Positions 19,600-28,665 of a stretch of 64,000 nucleotides of DNA are shown here, in pieces. This DNA is from Lentisphaeria bacterium (GTDB taxonomy: Bacteria; Verrucomicrobiota; Lentisphaeria; Victivallales; UBA1829), in assembly GCA_017646015.1 (NCBI GenBank), contig JAGCNI010000010.1, positions 262 through 64,261 on the forward strand. The letters run 5' to 3'. Each line of letters starts with the position of its first letter. The stretch's first letter is position 1. The notes below the pieces were generated by a model. The model was not told where the DNA came from and searched no databases. It saw nothing but the letters and a program-made list of their open reading frames with translations. The translations under genes and the position numbers were made by a program.

Positions 19600-19699
19600 A
19601 TTCTGACCACTCCTGAAAGGTATATTCTATCTTATTTTGTCTGATTTTTATTGTTGACTTAATAAAAATGAAACAAAATCTTAACAATTATATTGAGGT

Positions 19700-19728
19700 A
19701 ATATAGTGTTTTTTGGAGAGATTGTCAA
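19700..19728 (-). promoter_or_regulatory. sigma70 promoter of the PPIase-GT2 operon
   Basis: Minus strand TTGACA-17 bp-TATATT. Confidence 0.7.
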
Positions 19729-19847
19729 GCTGGATAATCAAATTTTATTGAAAAAATATCTGCCGGATTCAAGGAGAGTCCGTGGCAGTGTTTCCGGAAA
19801 AATTTTTAAAAAGATGTATCATTTGTATCATGTTTTTTGATTTTCTC

Positions 19848-19876
19848 TTGCAATCTCCGGCTTGATGGTGTATGTT
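19848..19876 (+). promoter_or_regulatory. Putative sigma70 promoter of the CysZ-like operon
   Basis: TTGCAA-17 bp-TATGTT. Confidence 0.5.
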
Positions 19877-19917
19877 ACGTTTTCAGAGAGGAAAATATAC
19901 GGATTCTGGAGGAGAGG

Positions 19918-20661
19918 ATGTTTGCTGATCTGACACGGGGAGTGCATTATCTGATAGAAGGGATCCGTCTTTTTTACACTGACCGTTCCCTCTGGAAATA
20001 TGCGTTGATTCCGATGGCAATGACGTTGTTGGTGTATCTCTTTTTTATGCGGATCCTCTGGTGGTACGGTTCACTGTTGCTTGGATGGCTCCGGGAGATG
20101 GTATTGGTGTTGCCGTCATGGGCAGCTTTTGCCGGTGATTTTTTCACAGGAACAGTGATGTTGATATTTATTCTTGTTGCGGCATTGGTCATCATGGGAA
20201 CAGCCGGATCATTATATGAAATATTCGGAGGACTCTTTTTTGACAGTATGGTGGAGCGTTTTGAGCGCAAACATTTTGGGTATCATGCTGTTCCGCCGGC
20301 AAAGAAAGATCTATTCTGTTTCTGGCGGGACTCTCTCTGCTGGGGGACAGGTACGCTTTTGCTGATTCCGCTGATGCTGTTGACGGCGCTGCTGATTCCG
20401 TTTTTCGGGAAAGTTCTGCTGGTGATCGTGCTCGGTTACAGAGTGGGAATATCCAGTCTGTTCTGTGCCGCTTTCTGTCACCGGCAGGAGGTACGGAAAC
20501 TGAGGAGGGATATTGGCAGCCGACAGAAATTTATGGTGATTCTCGGTTTCGGTGTGATGCTTTATCTGCTGACACTGATTCCATTTTTATCCATCATCGT
20601 TCTGCCTGGTGCAGTTCTGGGTGGTTCATTACTTTATAATAAGGAATTGAAAGGAGATTGA
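19918..20661 (+). CDS. EI24/CysZ-like membrane protein
   Basis: GGAG SD then ATG 19918; G..L.....LWKYALIP, FFDSMVERFE, LIPFLSIIVLPGAVLGG hydrophobic pattern. Confidence 0.7.
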   Translation: MFADLTRGVHYLIEGIRLFYTDRSLWKYALIPMAMTLLVYLFFMRILWWYGSLLLGWLREMVLVLPSWAAFAGDFFTGTVMLIFILVAALVIMGTAGSLYEIFGGLFFDSMVERFERKHFGYHAVPPAKKDLFCFWRDSLCWGTGTLLLIPLMLLTALLIPFFGKVLLVIVLGYRVGISSLFCAAFCHRQEVRKLRRDIGSRQKFMVILGFGVMLYLLTLIPFLSIIVLPGAVLGGSLLYNKELKGD

Positions 20662-20846
20662 AAATGAATACGGATATTCTGTTACGCATTTTACTGTGCA
20701 TAATTTTTCCGCCGCTTGCGGTGTTTGACCGTGGATGCGGAATGATGATTTTTATTTTTCTGCTGACATGTCTCGGCTGGCTGCCGGGAACGATCGTGGC
20801 TTTGATCGTTTGTATTACCGATAATAAAAGTAGAATAGGAGAGTGA
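20658..20846 (+). CDS. YqaE/Pmp3 family small membrane protein (copy 1)
   Basis: LLCIIFPPLAV...GCG...LLTCLGWLPG.I.AL. Confidence 0.85.
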   Translation: MKMNTDILLRILLCIIFPPLAVFDRGCGMMIFIFLLTCLGWLPGTIVALIVCITDNKSRIGE

Positions 20847-21043
20847 ATATGGGAACGCAATACAACAGTACGGAATTGATCATCAGAGTTTTGTTGGCAA
20901 TCCTTTTTCCGCCGCTTGCGGTATTTGACAAGGGCTGCGGGAGTATGCTGCTGGTTTTTCTGTTTACAGTGTTCGGCTGGCTGCCGGGAACCATTTTGGC
21001 TGTTTTGCTGTGCATGAGAGATCAACAAAAGTTTGAGAATTGA
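20843..21043 (+). CDS. YqaE/Pmp3 family small membrane protein (copy 2)
   Basis: LLAILFPPLAV..KGCG...FTVFGWLPG.ILA. Confidence 0.85.
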   Translation: MNMGTQYNSTELIIRVLLAILFPPLAVFDKGCGSMLLVFLFTVFGWLPGTILAVLLCMRDQQKFEN

Positions 21044-21068
21044 ATTTGTTGAATCCCCGGTGTAACAG

Positions 21069-22427
21069 ATGCGTGTAAAACTGATTCTTCCGGCACTTCA
21101 GGAGGCGGCAGGAAAATTTTTCCGTCCGATAAAATATTCTCTGTTTCCGCCTCTTGGATTGGCGCAGCTTGCTGCATATCTGGATCCGGCAGATGAAATC
21201 CGGATACTGGATCAACATGTGGAAGAGGATGATTTTTCAGATTCTCCGGATCTGGTTGTGATCCAGACCTATATAACCAATGCCCGGCGGGCGTATGCCA
21301 TTGCTGATTCCTACCGATCACGCAGGATCTATGTTGTGATGGGCGGGCTTCATGCGACATCTCTTCCGGAGGAGGCTCTGGCGCATGCAGATACTGTTAT
21401 TACCGGACCGGCGCATGAGGCGTGGCAGATTTTTCTCCGGAAATTCCGCAGAGGCGAGCCTTGCCGCGGGATCATACGGGATCCAGTCCGTACTCTTGCA
21501 TCTCTTCCGTTTCCCCGCCGTGATTTGATCTGCCGGAAACATTATCTGGTTCCGAACAGTATTGTTGTTTCAAGAGGATGTCCCTCTCAATGCGAATTCT
21601 GTTATACCAGGAATTTTTTTGCCGGAGGGACTTCTTTTTATACGGAGCCTGTTGACCGGGCTCTTGCTGAGATCGAAACATTGCCGGGACGGCATTTATT
21701 TTTTCTGGATGATAATCTTTTCGGTTCATCCTCTTTTTCCAGAGCGTTGTTTGAGGGGATGCGCGGGATGAAACGCCGTTTTCAGGGAGCTGCCACCACT
21801 GCCGGAGTTTTGAATCGGGAATTGGTCCGGAAAGCGGCGGATGCGGGATTGAAAAGTCTGTTCATCGGCTTTGAGTCTTTGAATCCTGCCTCGTTGCTTG
21901 CCTGCAGGAAAACACAGAACCGGATCGAAGAATATAACACGGTTGTGAAGATCCTCCGGGATCACGGAATCATGACCAATGCCAGCTTTGTATTCGGTCT
22001 TCCCGGCGATGATGCCGATGTATTTGACCGGACTGTTGATTGGGCGGTGAGTCAGGGGATCGAGACCGCCACATTTCATTTGGCAACACCTTATCCGGGA
22101 ACGCCTTTTTTTGAAAAGATGGAACGGGAGGGACGTTTATTGACCCGTGATTGGGATTTGTATGATACGCGTCATGCCGTGATCCGTCATGATCATTTGA
22201 CTCCGGCGCAGTTGGAAGAAGGCTATTGGCGGAGTTATGAGCGTTTTTACCGTTGGCGCAGTATTTTCCGTGGCGCGGGAGTGAAAAATCACTTTTCCGG
22301 AAAAATGCGTCATATTTTTTATACCGGAGCGTGGAAAAAAATCGATCCGTTATGGCATTGTCTGATCCGGCTCCGTTCTCTTCCATGTTGTTCCCGCATA
22401 TTGGAAAAAGTCCTGGATATGGCTTGA
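21069..22427 (+). CDS. B12-binding domain radical SAM protein
   Basis: PPLGLAQLAAY, VVMGGLHAT (B12-binding), SRGCPSQCEFC (CxxxCxxC), DDNL, IGFES, TPYPGT. Confidence 0.9.
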   Translation: MRVKLILPALQEAAGKFFRPIKYSLFPPLGLAQLAAYLDPADEIRILDQHVEEDDFSDSPDLVVIQTYITNARRAYAIADSYRSRRIYVVMGGLHATSLPEEALAHADTVITGPAHEAWQIFLRKFRRGEPCRGIIRDPVRTLASLPFPRRDLICRKHYLVPNSIVVSRGCPSQCEFCYTRNFFAGGTSFYTEPVDRALAEIETLPGRHLFFLDDNLFGSSSFSRALFEGMRGMKRRFQGAATTAGVLNRELVRKAADAGLKSLFIGFESLNPASLLACRKTQNRIEEYNTVVKILRDHGIMTNASFVFGLPGDDADVFDRTVDWAVSQGIETATFHLATPYPGTPFFEKMEREGRLLTRDWDLYDTRHAVIRHDHLTPAQLEEGYWRSYERFYRWRSIFRGAGVKNHFSGKMRHIFYTGAWKKIDPLWHCLIRLRSLPCCSRILEKVLDMA

Positions 22428-22434
22428 TGCCGGC

Positions 22435-23481
22435 TCAGTGTTTTTTCCGGTTCAGCACCCGTTCTTTTGCATTGCGGACAATTGCTCCGGAGAAGAGCCA
22501 GATATCGCAGCTGTGGAAAATTCCTTTTCCCATCATTCCTTTTGCATCAAATTCGCTGTTTTCCGGAAGATCCACGATCAAAGCACCCTGTTCCGGATCA
22601 ATGACTGCTCCGCAGAGATTTTTCCGTACTTCTTTTTGTTTGGCAGGATCTTTCTGCCAGTAACGGTAGAGGTCTGAACGCAGATTTTCAGCCGCCGTTG
22701 CCGGAGTCGGATCGGTTTTCCAATTCAATGGGTTGATCACAAATGTACCTTTCCGGGCAAACGGGGATTTTCTGACATCTTTACTTTGGGTATTCCAAAC
22801 AATGATCACACCGCAGTCATTCGCATTTGCGGCAGGATGAATATTTCTTTTTGCAAAATCTTTCCGGATCTGTTCCTTTGTAATCATGGGTAAACCAATC
22901 AGATAAGCAGCTGTAAATCCCTTTTGAACGCTGATTTCCGGGATTTTATATAATGCTTCATAAAGATCCATGGCACCCTGACTGTGTCCGAAGAGTATGA
23001 AAGGACGTCCTTTATTCCAATATTTCAGATAATGGTGCAGTGCGTTGATCGTATCCTGAGCTCCGTGCCGCAGAGATTTACCGATCGTTGCCGGGTTGAA
23101 AATCCGTATTTCATTGAGCCAGGAGTGGAGGTCTCCTCCCAGTTTGATCTGTGCAAATCCGAGCTGGCGGATACAGGGCGCAAAGATCCGGGCGTCCTTG
23201 CCGAAAAATTCTGTCTGAGCCGTGGCAAATGCCAATGCTTTGGAGCGGGTCGCCGGGTCATGCAGATTCATCAGCGGAGATTTTTTTCCGGAATGAAGTG
23301 TCGGATAAACATAAAAAACATCATAGAGAGTTCCTTGTTTCTGTTCCTGACAGAGAAGCCAGTTACCGGGATACTGATAATTCAAATCTTTCCAACCACA
23401 GAAAAAGAGGATGGATACAGCAAGCAGAAAAAGAGTCAGAAGCAGGCGTTTACAGGAGCACATGATATTTCTCCGGTTCAT
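22435..23481 (-). CDS. DUF3089 family exported alpha/beta hydrolase
   Basis: DVFYVYPT, RPFILFGHSQG, INPLNW, FHSCDIWLF; N-terminal signal. Confidence 0.85.
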   Translation of the reverse strand: MNRRNIMCSCKRLLLTLFLLAVSILFFCGWKDLNYQYPGNWLLCQEQKQGTLYDVFYVYPTLHSGKKSPLMNLHDPATRSKALAFATAQTEFFGKDARIFAPCIRQLGFAQIKLGGDLHSWLNEIRIFNPATIGKSLRHGAQDTINALHHYLKYWNKGRPFILFGHSQGAMDLYEALYKIPEISVQKGFTAAYLIGLPMITKEQIRKDFAKRNIHPAANANDCGVIIVWNTQSKDVRKSPFARKGTFVINPLNWKTDPTPATAAENLRSDLYRYWQKDPAKQKEVRKNLCGAVIDPEQGALIVDLPENSEFDAKGMMGKGIFHSCDIWLFSGAIVRNAKERVLNRKKH

Positions 23482-24248
23482 AATTTAATAAATAGTAATG
23501 CGATCAGGTTGTATAACCCGTGAATGAACATAGCAATCCCGAAAAAGATCCATGTACGTTGGATCTCACATGGTTTTCCGATTTTACGGAAATGCTGCCA
23601 GACCCGTTGCAGGCTTAAGGTGGAAATCAAAGTACAGCAAATATGCAAGAGTGTGCAGTATTTCCAACGGAAAGCCATGATACGCTGCAATCTTTCTGCC
23701 GGGATTTCCGGGGTAGTCAAGTAAGATTGATAAACAAGATTTTCCAGTGTTGCAAAAATCCCGGCACTCAAAAATGCAACCAGAATGAACTGCCAACGGT
23801 ATTTGACAAGCCAGGGGCGTTTTTCCAACATCCAGATCATCCCGGATTGTTTCATGATCTCTTCCACCAGTGGGGCGGCAATAACCGCCGCAAGGATTCC
23901 CCATACGGAAAAATTATTTTGCAGCAATGTTCCGATCACAGAAAAAATCCCGCCTGCGATTCCGCTCAATAAGGTTACGCTGAGAACCTTGTGAAATGGT
24001 GCGGCATTTGTTTTTTCCGAGAGCCATTTCCCGTATGCCGTTTCTCCGTTCTGACGTAAGCCCGCCGGATTGTAGGGTTCAGCGATCACTGAAAGATTGA
24101 GCTTTTCCGCTTCCTCCTGATTGACCGGATGCCACGGATAGTTTGTCTTTTCTGATTTCTCTTTTTTTGCCAGTTCCGGGTGAACGGCAACTTCGGCATT
24201 GATTGAAAAGAGATCTTTATATTTCTTCTGATCCATCTTCTGTAACAT
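23478..24248 (-). CDS. PrsW family intramembrane glutamic/metallo-protease (alternative start 24236)
   Basis: APLVEEIMK, FATLENLVY, LLHICCT, AMFIHGLYN motifs. Confidence 0.85.
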   Translation of the reverse strand: MLQKMDQKKYKDLFSINAEVAVHPELAKKEKSEKTNYPWHPVNQEEAEKLNLSVIAEPYNPAGLRQNGETAYGKWLSEKTNAAPFHKVLSVTLLSGIAGGIFSVIGTLLQNNFSVWGILAAVIAAPLVEEIMKQSGMIWMLEKRPWLVKYRWQFILVAFLSAGIFATLENLVYQSYLTTPEIPAERLQRIMAFRWKYCTLLHICCTLISTLSLQRVWQHFRKIGKPCEIQRTWIFFGIAMFIHGLYNLIALLFIKL

Positions 24249-24732
24249 CCATAACTGCTGTGCCGTAAACGATCATCTCGATCCCTCCGGTTTGTTTGCT
24301 GCCCTGAGAGACATTATTGATCGTGATTGTTTCGCAACGGACATTATAAACATGAGTTGCACCTGCGGCAATCGCTTTTTTCAGCATCCGGACTGTTGCG
24401 ATCCTGCGTGCATCATCGGCGAATTTGGTATAAGATTTCATCTCTCCGCCGAAGATAGAGCGGAAACCGGAAAGAAAAGCCGCAAAGTAATCGTTGGCAA
24501 TGACCACTGTTCCTGTGACTAAGACAGGATTCCGGAATTTTCTGCCGGATGGAAATGTTTTCAGGTTGTTGTATGAGATATTTTCCTTGCAGAACTGTTC
24601 ATCCTCTTCAAGTGTCCTTCTGCGTTTCCGTTGAATGAGGGAATGAGTTGCCCACGCAATCAGAAGCACCCATAACGGCAAGAGTTCTATAAAGATTTTG
24701 AGAATCAGAATACTGAGGGGGTCGGGAGGCAT
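24217..24732 (-). CDS. YbjQ/UPF0145 heavy-metal-binding-like protein with N-terminal TM
   Basis: FRSIFGGEMKSY...ARRIATVRM...A.HVYNVR.E...YGTAV. Confidence 0.8.
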   Translation of the reverse strand: MPPDPLSILILKIFIELLPLWVLLIAWATHSLIQRKRRRTLEEDEQFCKENISYNNLKTFPSGRKFRNPVLVTGTVVIANDYFAAFLSGFRSIFGGEMKSYTKFADDARRIATVRMLKKAIAAGATHVYNVRCETITINNVSQGSKQTGGIEMIVYGTAVMDVTEDGSEEI

Positions 24733-24752
24733 AATGATGATCCTTTTCTCTT

Positions 24753-25079
24753 TCAGTTTTCCTCATCTTCGATCACGACTGCCGTGCCGTAAGCATAAAG
24801 TTCCGCTGCGCCTGCAGTGATACTGCTTGTAGCAAAACGGACATTGATCACGGCATTGGCTCCGAGTTCTTCCGCCTGTGAGATCATGCGTGCCAGAGCT
24901 TCCCGTCTGGATTCGATCAGGAGTTCTGTATAACCTTTGAGTTCTCCGCCAACCAGATTTTTGAAAGAGGCTGCAATGTCTCTGCCGACATGTTTTGCCC
25001 GAACTGTATTGCCCTGAACAAGTGCTTTGACTTCAATGATTTTTTTTCCGGGAACGGTTTCAGTGTTGACGATCAGCAT
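24753..25079 (-). CDS. YbjQ/UPF0145 family protein
   Basis: GRDIAASFKNLVGGELKGYTELL..SRREAL.RM...A...GANAVINVRF...AYGTAV. Confidence 0.92.
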   Translation of the reverse strand: MLIVNTETVPGKKIIEVKALVQGNTVRAKHVGRDIAASFKNLVGGELKGYTELLIESRREALARMISQAEELGANAVINVRFATSSITAGAAELYAYGTAVVIEDEEN

Positions 25080-25123
25080 ATCGGCTACTCCTTTTTTTGA
25101 GGTGATGTGTTCTGTTTGCTGCT

Positions 25124-25152
25124 ATTATACAATAGATCAAGTAAGATGTCAA
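25124..25152 (-). promoter_or_regulatory. Consensus sigma70 promoter of the ybjQ-prsW operon
   Basis: Minus strand TTGACA-17 bp-TATAAT, an exact consensus match. Confidence 0.85.
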
Positions 25153-25153
25153 G

Positions 25154-25209
25154 AAAAAAACTCCCGTGAAACAGATCTTTTTTCAGAAAATATCCGTCAT
25201 GGGAGTTTT
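25154..25209 (-). terminator. Intrinsic terminator after the GH38 gene
   Basis: Inverted repeat AAAACTCCCGTGA...TCATGGGAGTTTT; the A-run reads as a U-tract on the minus strand. Confidence 0.6.
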
Positions 25210-25227
25210 ATGAATGGAAAGATACGA

Positions 25228-27504
25228 TCAATTCCAGGAAATGATCCGCAGTGCCCGGGCAGGGAGTTTGATTTCTCCGATTGCCGGAAGATTGACTTTT
25301 ACAGCATCGCCATAGTTCATCAGATGGATTTCAAAATCACCAGATTCGTTGATCCTGTATGCCTGCAGAACCACCTGTTTTGAGTCAAGCGACAATTTTA
25401 ATTCCGGGATCAGCCAATTCTGATCGGATGCTTCATGGATTGTTGTTTCGCAGACTTCACCGTTATTCAAGCGCTGATTTGCCAATCCGGGCAGATTTTC
25501 CAGGGGAACATCATCCATTTCTGCGATCCACAATTTTCTTTCGGAATATCCGAGATCCATCCAGTGATCTTCCTTGCTGGCGATAAAAGGCGCATGGTCA
25601 GCGTGGAGTACCGGACGGAGCAGGGTGATCCGGAGTTGATTATTACAATGATCGCAGGAATGAAGATCCGGAGCATATACTGCAAGTGTTTCCGAATCAG
25701 ACATTGCCGCGCACCAGTCGATCATGGAAATTTCACCTGTTTCCGGATAACAGCATTGATTGTTGCCGTTGACCCACATTCTTCTGGATTCAATACGCTG
25801 ATAATGACTTTTTTCCAATCGTTGAACAATGGACGCTCCGCTTCCTGTATAGAATTCTGTTTTGGAAAGATTGTGATTGATGATCAGTTTGAGAGCACAT
25901 TCTGTTTCATGCCAATCCAGTTTGATCTGTACCCCGGTTTCCGGAATATCTTTGTAGCGGCAGAGATCCACAATAATGGTGGATGTGTTGTATTTCCAAT
26001 GAGAACGCAGAATGCTGCAAACTGGACCATCGAGGTATTCTTCTGTCCGGAGCAGTTCCGGTTTTCCTTTCAGAATATCGAATTTATCCAAACCGAACCC
26101 CCAGGTGCGGGAGTGATCGAAATAGAGTTCAAAATCCAGTTTTTTCAACAATTTATACTGAGATTCAAATCCGAGCAGAGGATATTCTTTGTCTGAATGA
26201 CTCAATGCGAATGTTGTTTCACCCATGGCAGGCAGTTCCACCACGGCAGTGATTTTTCCCCACGGCACTCCGCAGGGACCATAGGCGGAGGGAGTGGGCA
26301 GCAGCTGCAATGGCAATTCGTTGCCTTGAGCATCTTTGAGTGCATTGAACAGAACTCCTTTGCTGTTCGGGTCGGCAAAGCCGATGAATGAGACAATGGT
26401 TTTGTGTGTGAAAGGATGAGGATTCCATACATAGATCCCGCCGTCTGTCATGTAACGTGTATCAAACTTTGCCGCACGCCGGAAAAGTTGTCTGTCGATA
26501 ATGGTATCGGCGGTATGTTCCACGCTTCCGAGACCGGGGAAGACATCGCGCTGATAGGCTTCTCTGATGGACGTTCCGGGGAGAATATCATGGAAATGAT
26601 GATAACAGAGTTCCTGCCATGATTCGTTGAGTTCTTCATCCATGGCACTGAGTTTTTCTGCCGTGATCATTCTGCGTGTTGCCCGTGCGATTTTCCGTTT
26701 GACTTCATGACAGTTGGAATAGCATCCCCGGAAGACCGGACCGAGTTCGCCTGTGACAGTTTCTTTCGGCTGATCTTTGATGATTTCAAAATATTCCCTG
26801 AGAGTGGAGAATACGATATCATATTTTTCCTGTGCTTTGCGGAGCCATGCCAACTGCTGCCGTGAGATGCCGCCGCCGTGGTCGCCGACTCCGAAAAAGA
26901 ATGTTTGATGTTCCAGAGGACTGTCCAGATGTTCCTGCAACTTATCATTCAAAGCTTTTTCGCCGAGATTTCCGGTTCCGTATGCTGTTAGAATGTGCAG
27001 AGCTGTGACTGCTGAACCATCATCCGCCTGCCAGTTGAAAACTCCCGGCGTTGTATGACTGCGGTTGAATACATAGTGCGTGAATCCATTGGCTCTCAAA
27101 AGTTTCGGCAGTCCGGCACTGTGTCCGAACGCATCCACATTGTAAGCAATATTGATATCGACCCCGAAACGTTGGAAGAAATATTCTTTGGCACAGAACG
27201 CCTGACGGAGGATTGTTTCCGGGCGGCTGATGATCGCATCTGATTGGACTTCCCATCCTCCGGTGATCTCCCAGCGTCCGGCTTCGACCAATGCGGCGAT
27301 CTTGCGGAACAGTACCGGATCTGTCTGTTCGACCCAGCGGTAGAGGGCTGCTGCGGAACAGGTGAATTTGATATCCGGTTCTTCGCTCATGATCTTTGTG
27401 ACAGTCTGCATGGTATTCAGCCAGGAACTTCTGCCAGAGCTGCGGTTCCACAACCAGATCGGATCCAAATGCGAATTGGTGATCACATAGAGTTTTTTAT
27501 TCAT
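25228..27504 (-). CDS. Glycoside hydrolase family 38 (alpha-mannosidase-like)
   Basis: NSHLDPIWLW, GRWEITGGW, DAFGH, GVGDHGGG, HFHDILPGTS. Confidence 0.88.
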   Translation of the reverse strand: MNKKLYVITNSHLDPIWLWNRSSGRSSWLNTMQTVTKIMSEEPDIKFTCSAAALYRWVEQTDPVLFRKIAALVEAGRWEITGGWEVQSDAIISRPETILRQAFCAKEYFFQRFGVDINIAYNVDAFGHSAGLPKLLRANGFTHYVFNRSHTTPGVFNWQADDGSAVTALHILTAYGTGNLGEKALNDKLQEHLDSPLEHQTFFFGVGDHGGGISRQQLAWLRKAQEKYDIVFSTLREYFEIIKDQPKETVTGELGPVFRGCYSNCHEVKRKIARATRRMITAEKLSAMDEELNESWQELCYHHFHDILPGTSIREAYQRDVFPGLGSVEHTADTIIDRQLFRRAAKFDTRYMTDGGIYVWNPHPFTHKTIVSFIGFADPNSKGVLFNALKDAQGNELPLQLLPTPSAYGPCGVPWGKITAVVELPAMGETTFALSHSDKEYPLLGFESQYKLLKKLDFELYFDHSRTWGFGLDKFDILKGKPELLRTEEYLDGPVCSILRSHWKYNTSTIIVDLCRYKDIPETGVQIKLDWHETECALKLIINHNLSKTEFYTGSGASIVQRLEKSHYQRIESRRMWVNGNNQCCYPETGEISMIDWCAAMSDSETLAVYAPDLHSCDHCNNQLRITLLRPVLHADHAPFIASKEDHWMDLGYSERKLWIAEMDDVPLENLPGLANQRLNNGEVCETTIHEASDQNWLIPELKLSLDSKQVVLQAYRINESGDFEIHLMNYGDAVKVNLPAIGEIKLPARALRIISWN

Positions 27505-27508
27505 GTTT

Positions 27509-28549
27509 TTATCCTTTCTTATAGGGTATGATTTCCGGTGCGATGAGAATACGTTTTTCCGGAGTATTGCCGGAACGTAATGTTTCTCTCAGCAGATTGA
27601 TTGCGGCATTTCCGAGTTCTTCTTTCCGTTGAATGGCGGAAATTGTCCGGTAGAGCTTCTGTTCTTCCGGAGAAAAATCATCAAAACGTGCAATCACGAT
27701 CTCTTTTTCCCTCAAAAAACGGGGATATTGACAGAGTGTTGTATCAAGAATCGAGTCATAATCTCCGTTTTTGAAAAATCGTTCCAACGCATTGGCAGAT
27801 GATTCCGGGGTTTCAAGAAATTGTTCCTGAAATGATAAGCCGTGATCTTCCAATGCCTGGCGGAATCCGGCAAGACGCAGTCGGGGAGAGGAAATTTTCT
27901 GTCTGGCGGCAAGAATACAGGGTTTTCTGCAGCCGGAACGGATCACCGTTTCCGCCAGTCTGTATGCTCCCAGATAATGATCGGTCGCCACAGAATTACA
28001 TTCAAAACCGGGGGCGTAAAGATCAAACAGTACCAATGGAAAAGAGGCTGTCAGGCGGCGGATCTCTTCTACATCCTGTGCATGTCCGCCCGGATATAAA
28101 ATCACGCCGGCTGTTTGTCTCGTTGCAAGATGCAGAACTTTCAATTCCTCGTCCGGATCCATCCAGTTGTAAGTATAAAGACGGAGTTCATAGCCCAGTT
28201 TCAGACAATTTTTACGGATCGCTTCCACTACATCCTCCCAGGTGTGATTATGCGGGAAGACAACTCCGATGGTGCGGCGTATGCTTTGCGGATCAAATTC
28301 TGTGATTGCAGAAGTCAGAAAAGTTCCCCGGTTTTTGATCCGACAGATCAACTGTTCCTCTTCCAGCATCTTCAAAGCCTGTCCAACGGTATTGCGGGAG
28401 AGAGAAAAGATTTTGCATAGCTCCAATTCTGTCGGCAGTTTTCCGGCACGGCGTGCTTCCCGGGTATTCAGCCACTCTCGCAGATGGGCATACAACTGGA
28501 TATACAATGGATGTGAAGAGCTTTTTTTATCAAACTTTCTGCAACGCAT
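27509..28549 (-). CDS. GntR-family regulator with LacI-type sugar-binding domain
   Basis: KLPTELELC..FSLSRNTV.QAL..L.......RI.NRGTF wHTH; V.TDHYLGAY periplasmic-binding fold. Confidence 0.85.
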   Translation of the reverse strand: MRCRKFDKKSSSHPLYIQLYAHLREWLNTREARRAGKLPTELELCKIFSLSRNTVGQALKMLEEEQLICRIKNRGTFLTSAITEFDPQSIRRTIGVVFPHNHTWEDVVEAIRKNCLKLGYELRLYTYNWMDPDEELKVLHLATRQTAGVILYPGGHAQDVEEIRRLTASFPLVLFDLYAPGFECNSVATDHYLGAYRLAETVIRSGCRKPCILAARQKISSPRLRLAGFRQALEDHGLSFQEQFLETPESSANALERFFKNGDYDSILDTTLCQYPRFLREKEIVIARFDDFSPEEQKLYRTISAIQRKEELGNAAINLLRETLRSGNTPEKRILIAPEIIPYKKG

Positions 28550-28665
28550 ATCCCGGCTCCGGATTTTGATTGATTTTATGAATCTGAAGTCAATATAACC
28601 GGATTTATCCTGTTTTCAAATGAAAAAAGAAAGACATATATGGGACATATTGAAAAAATATCAGA

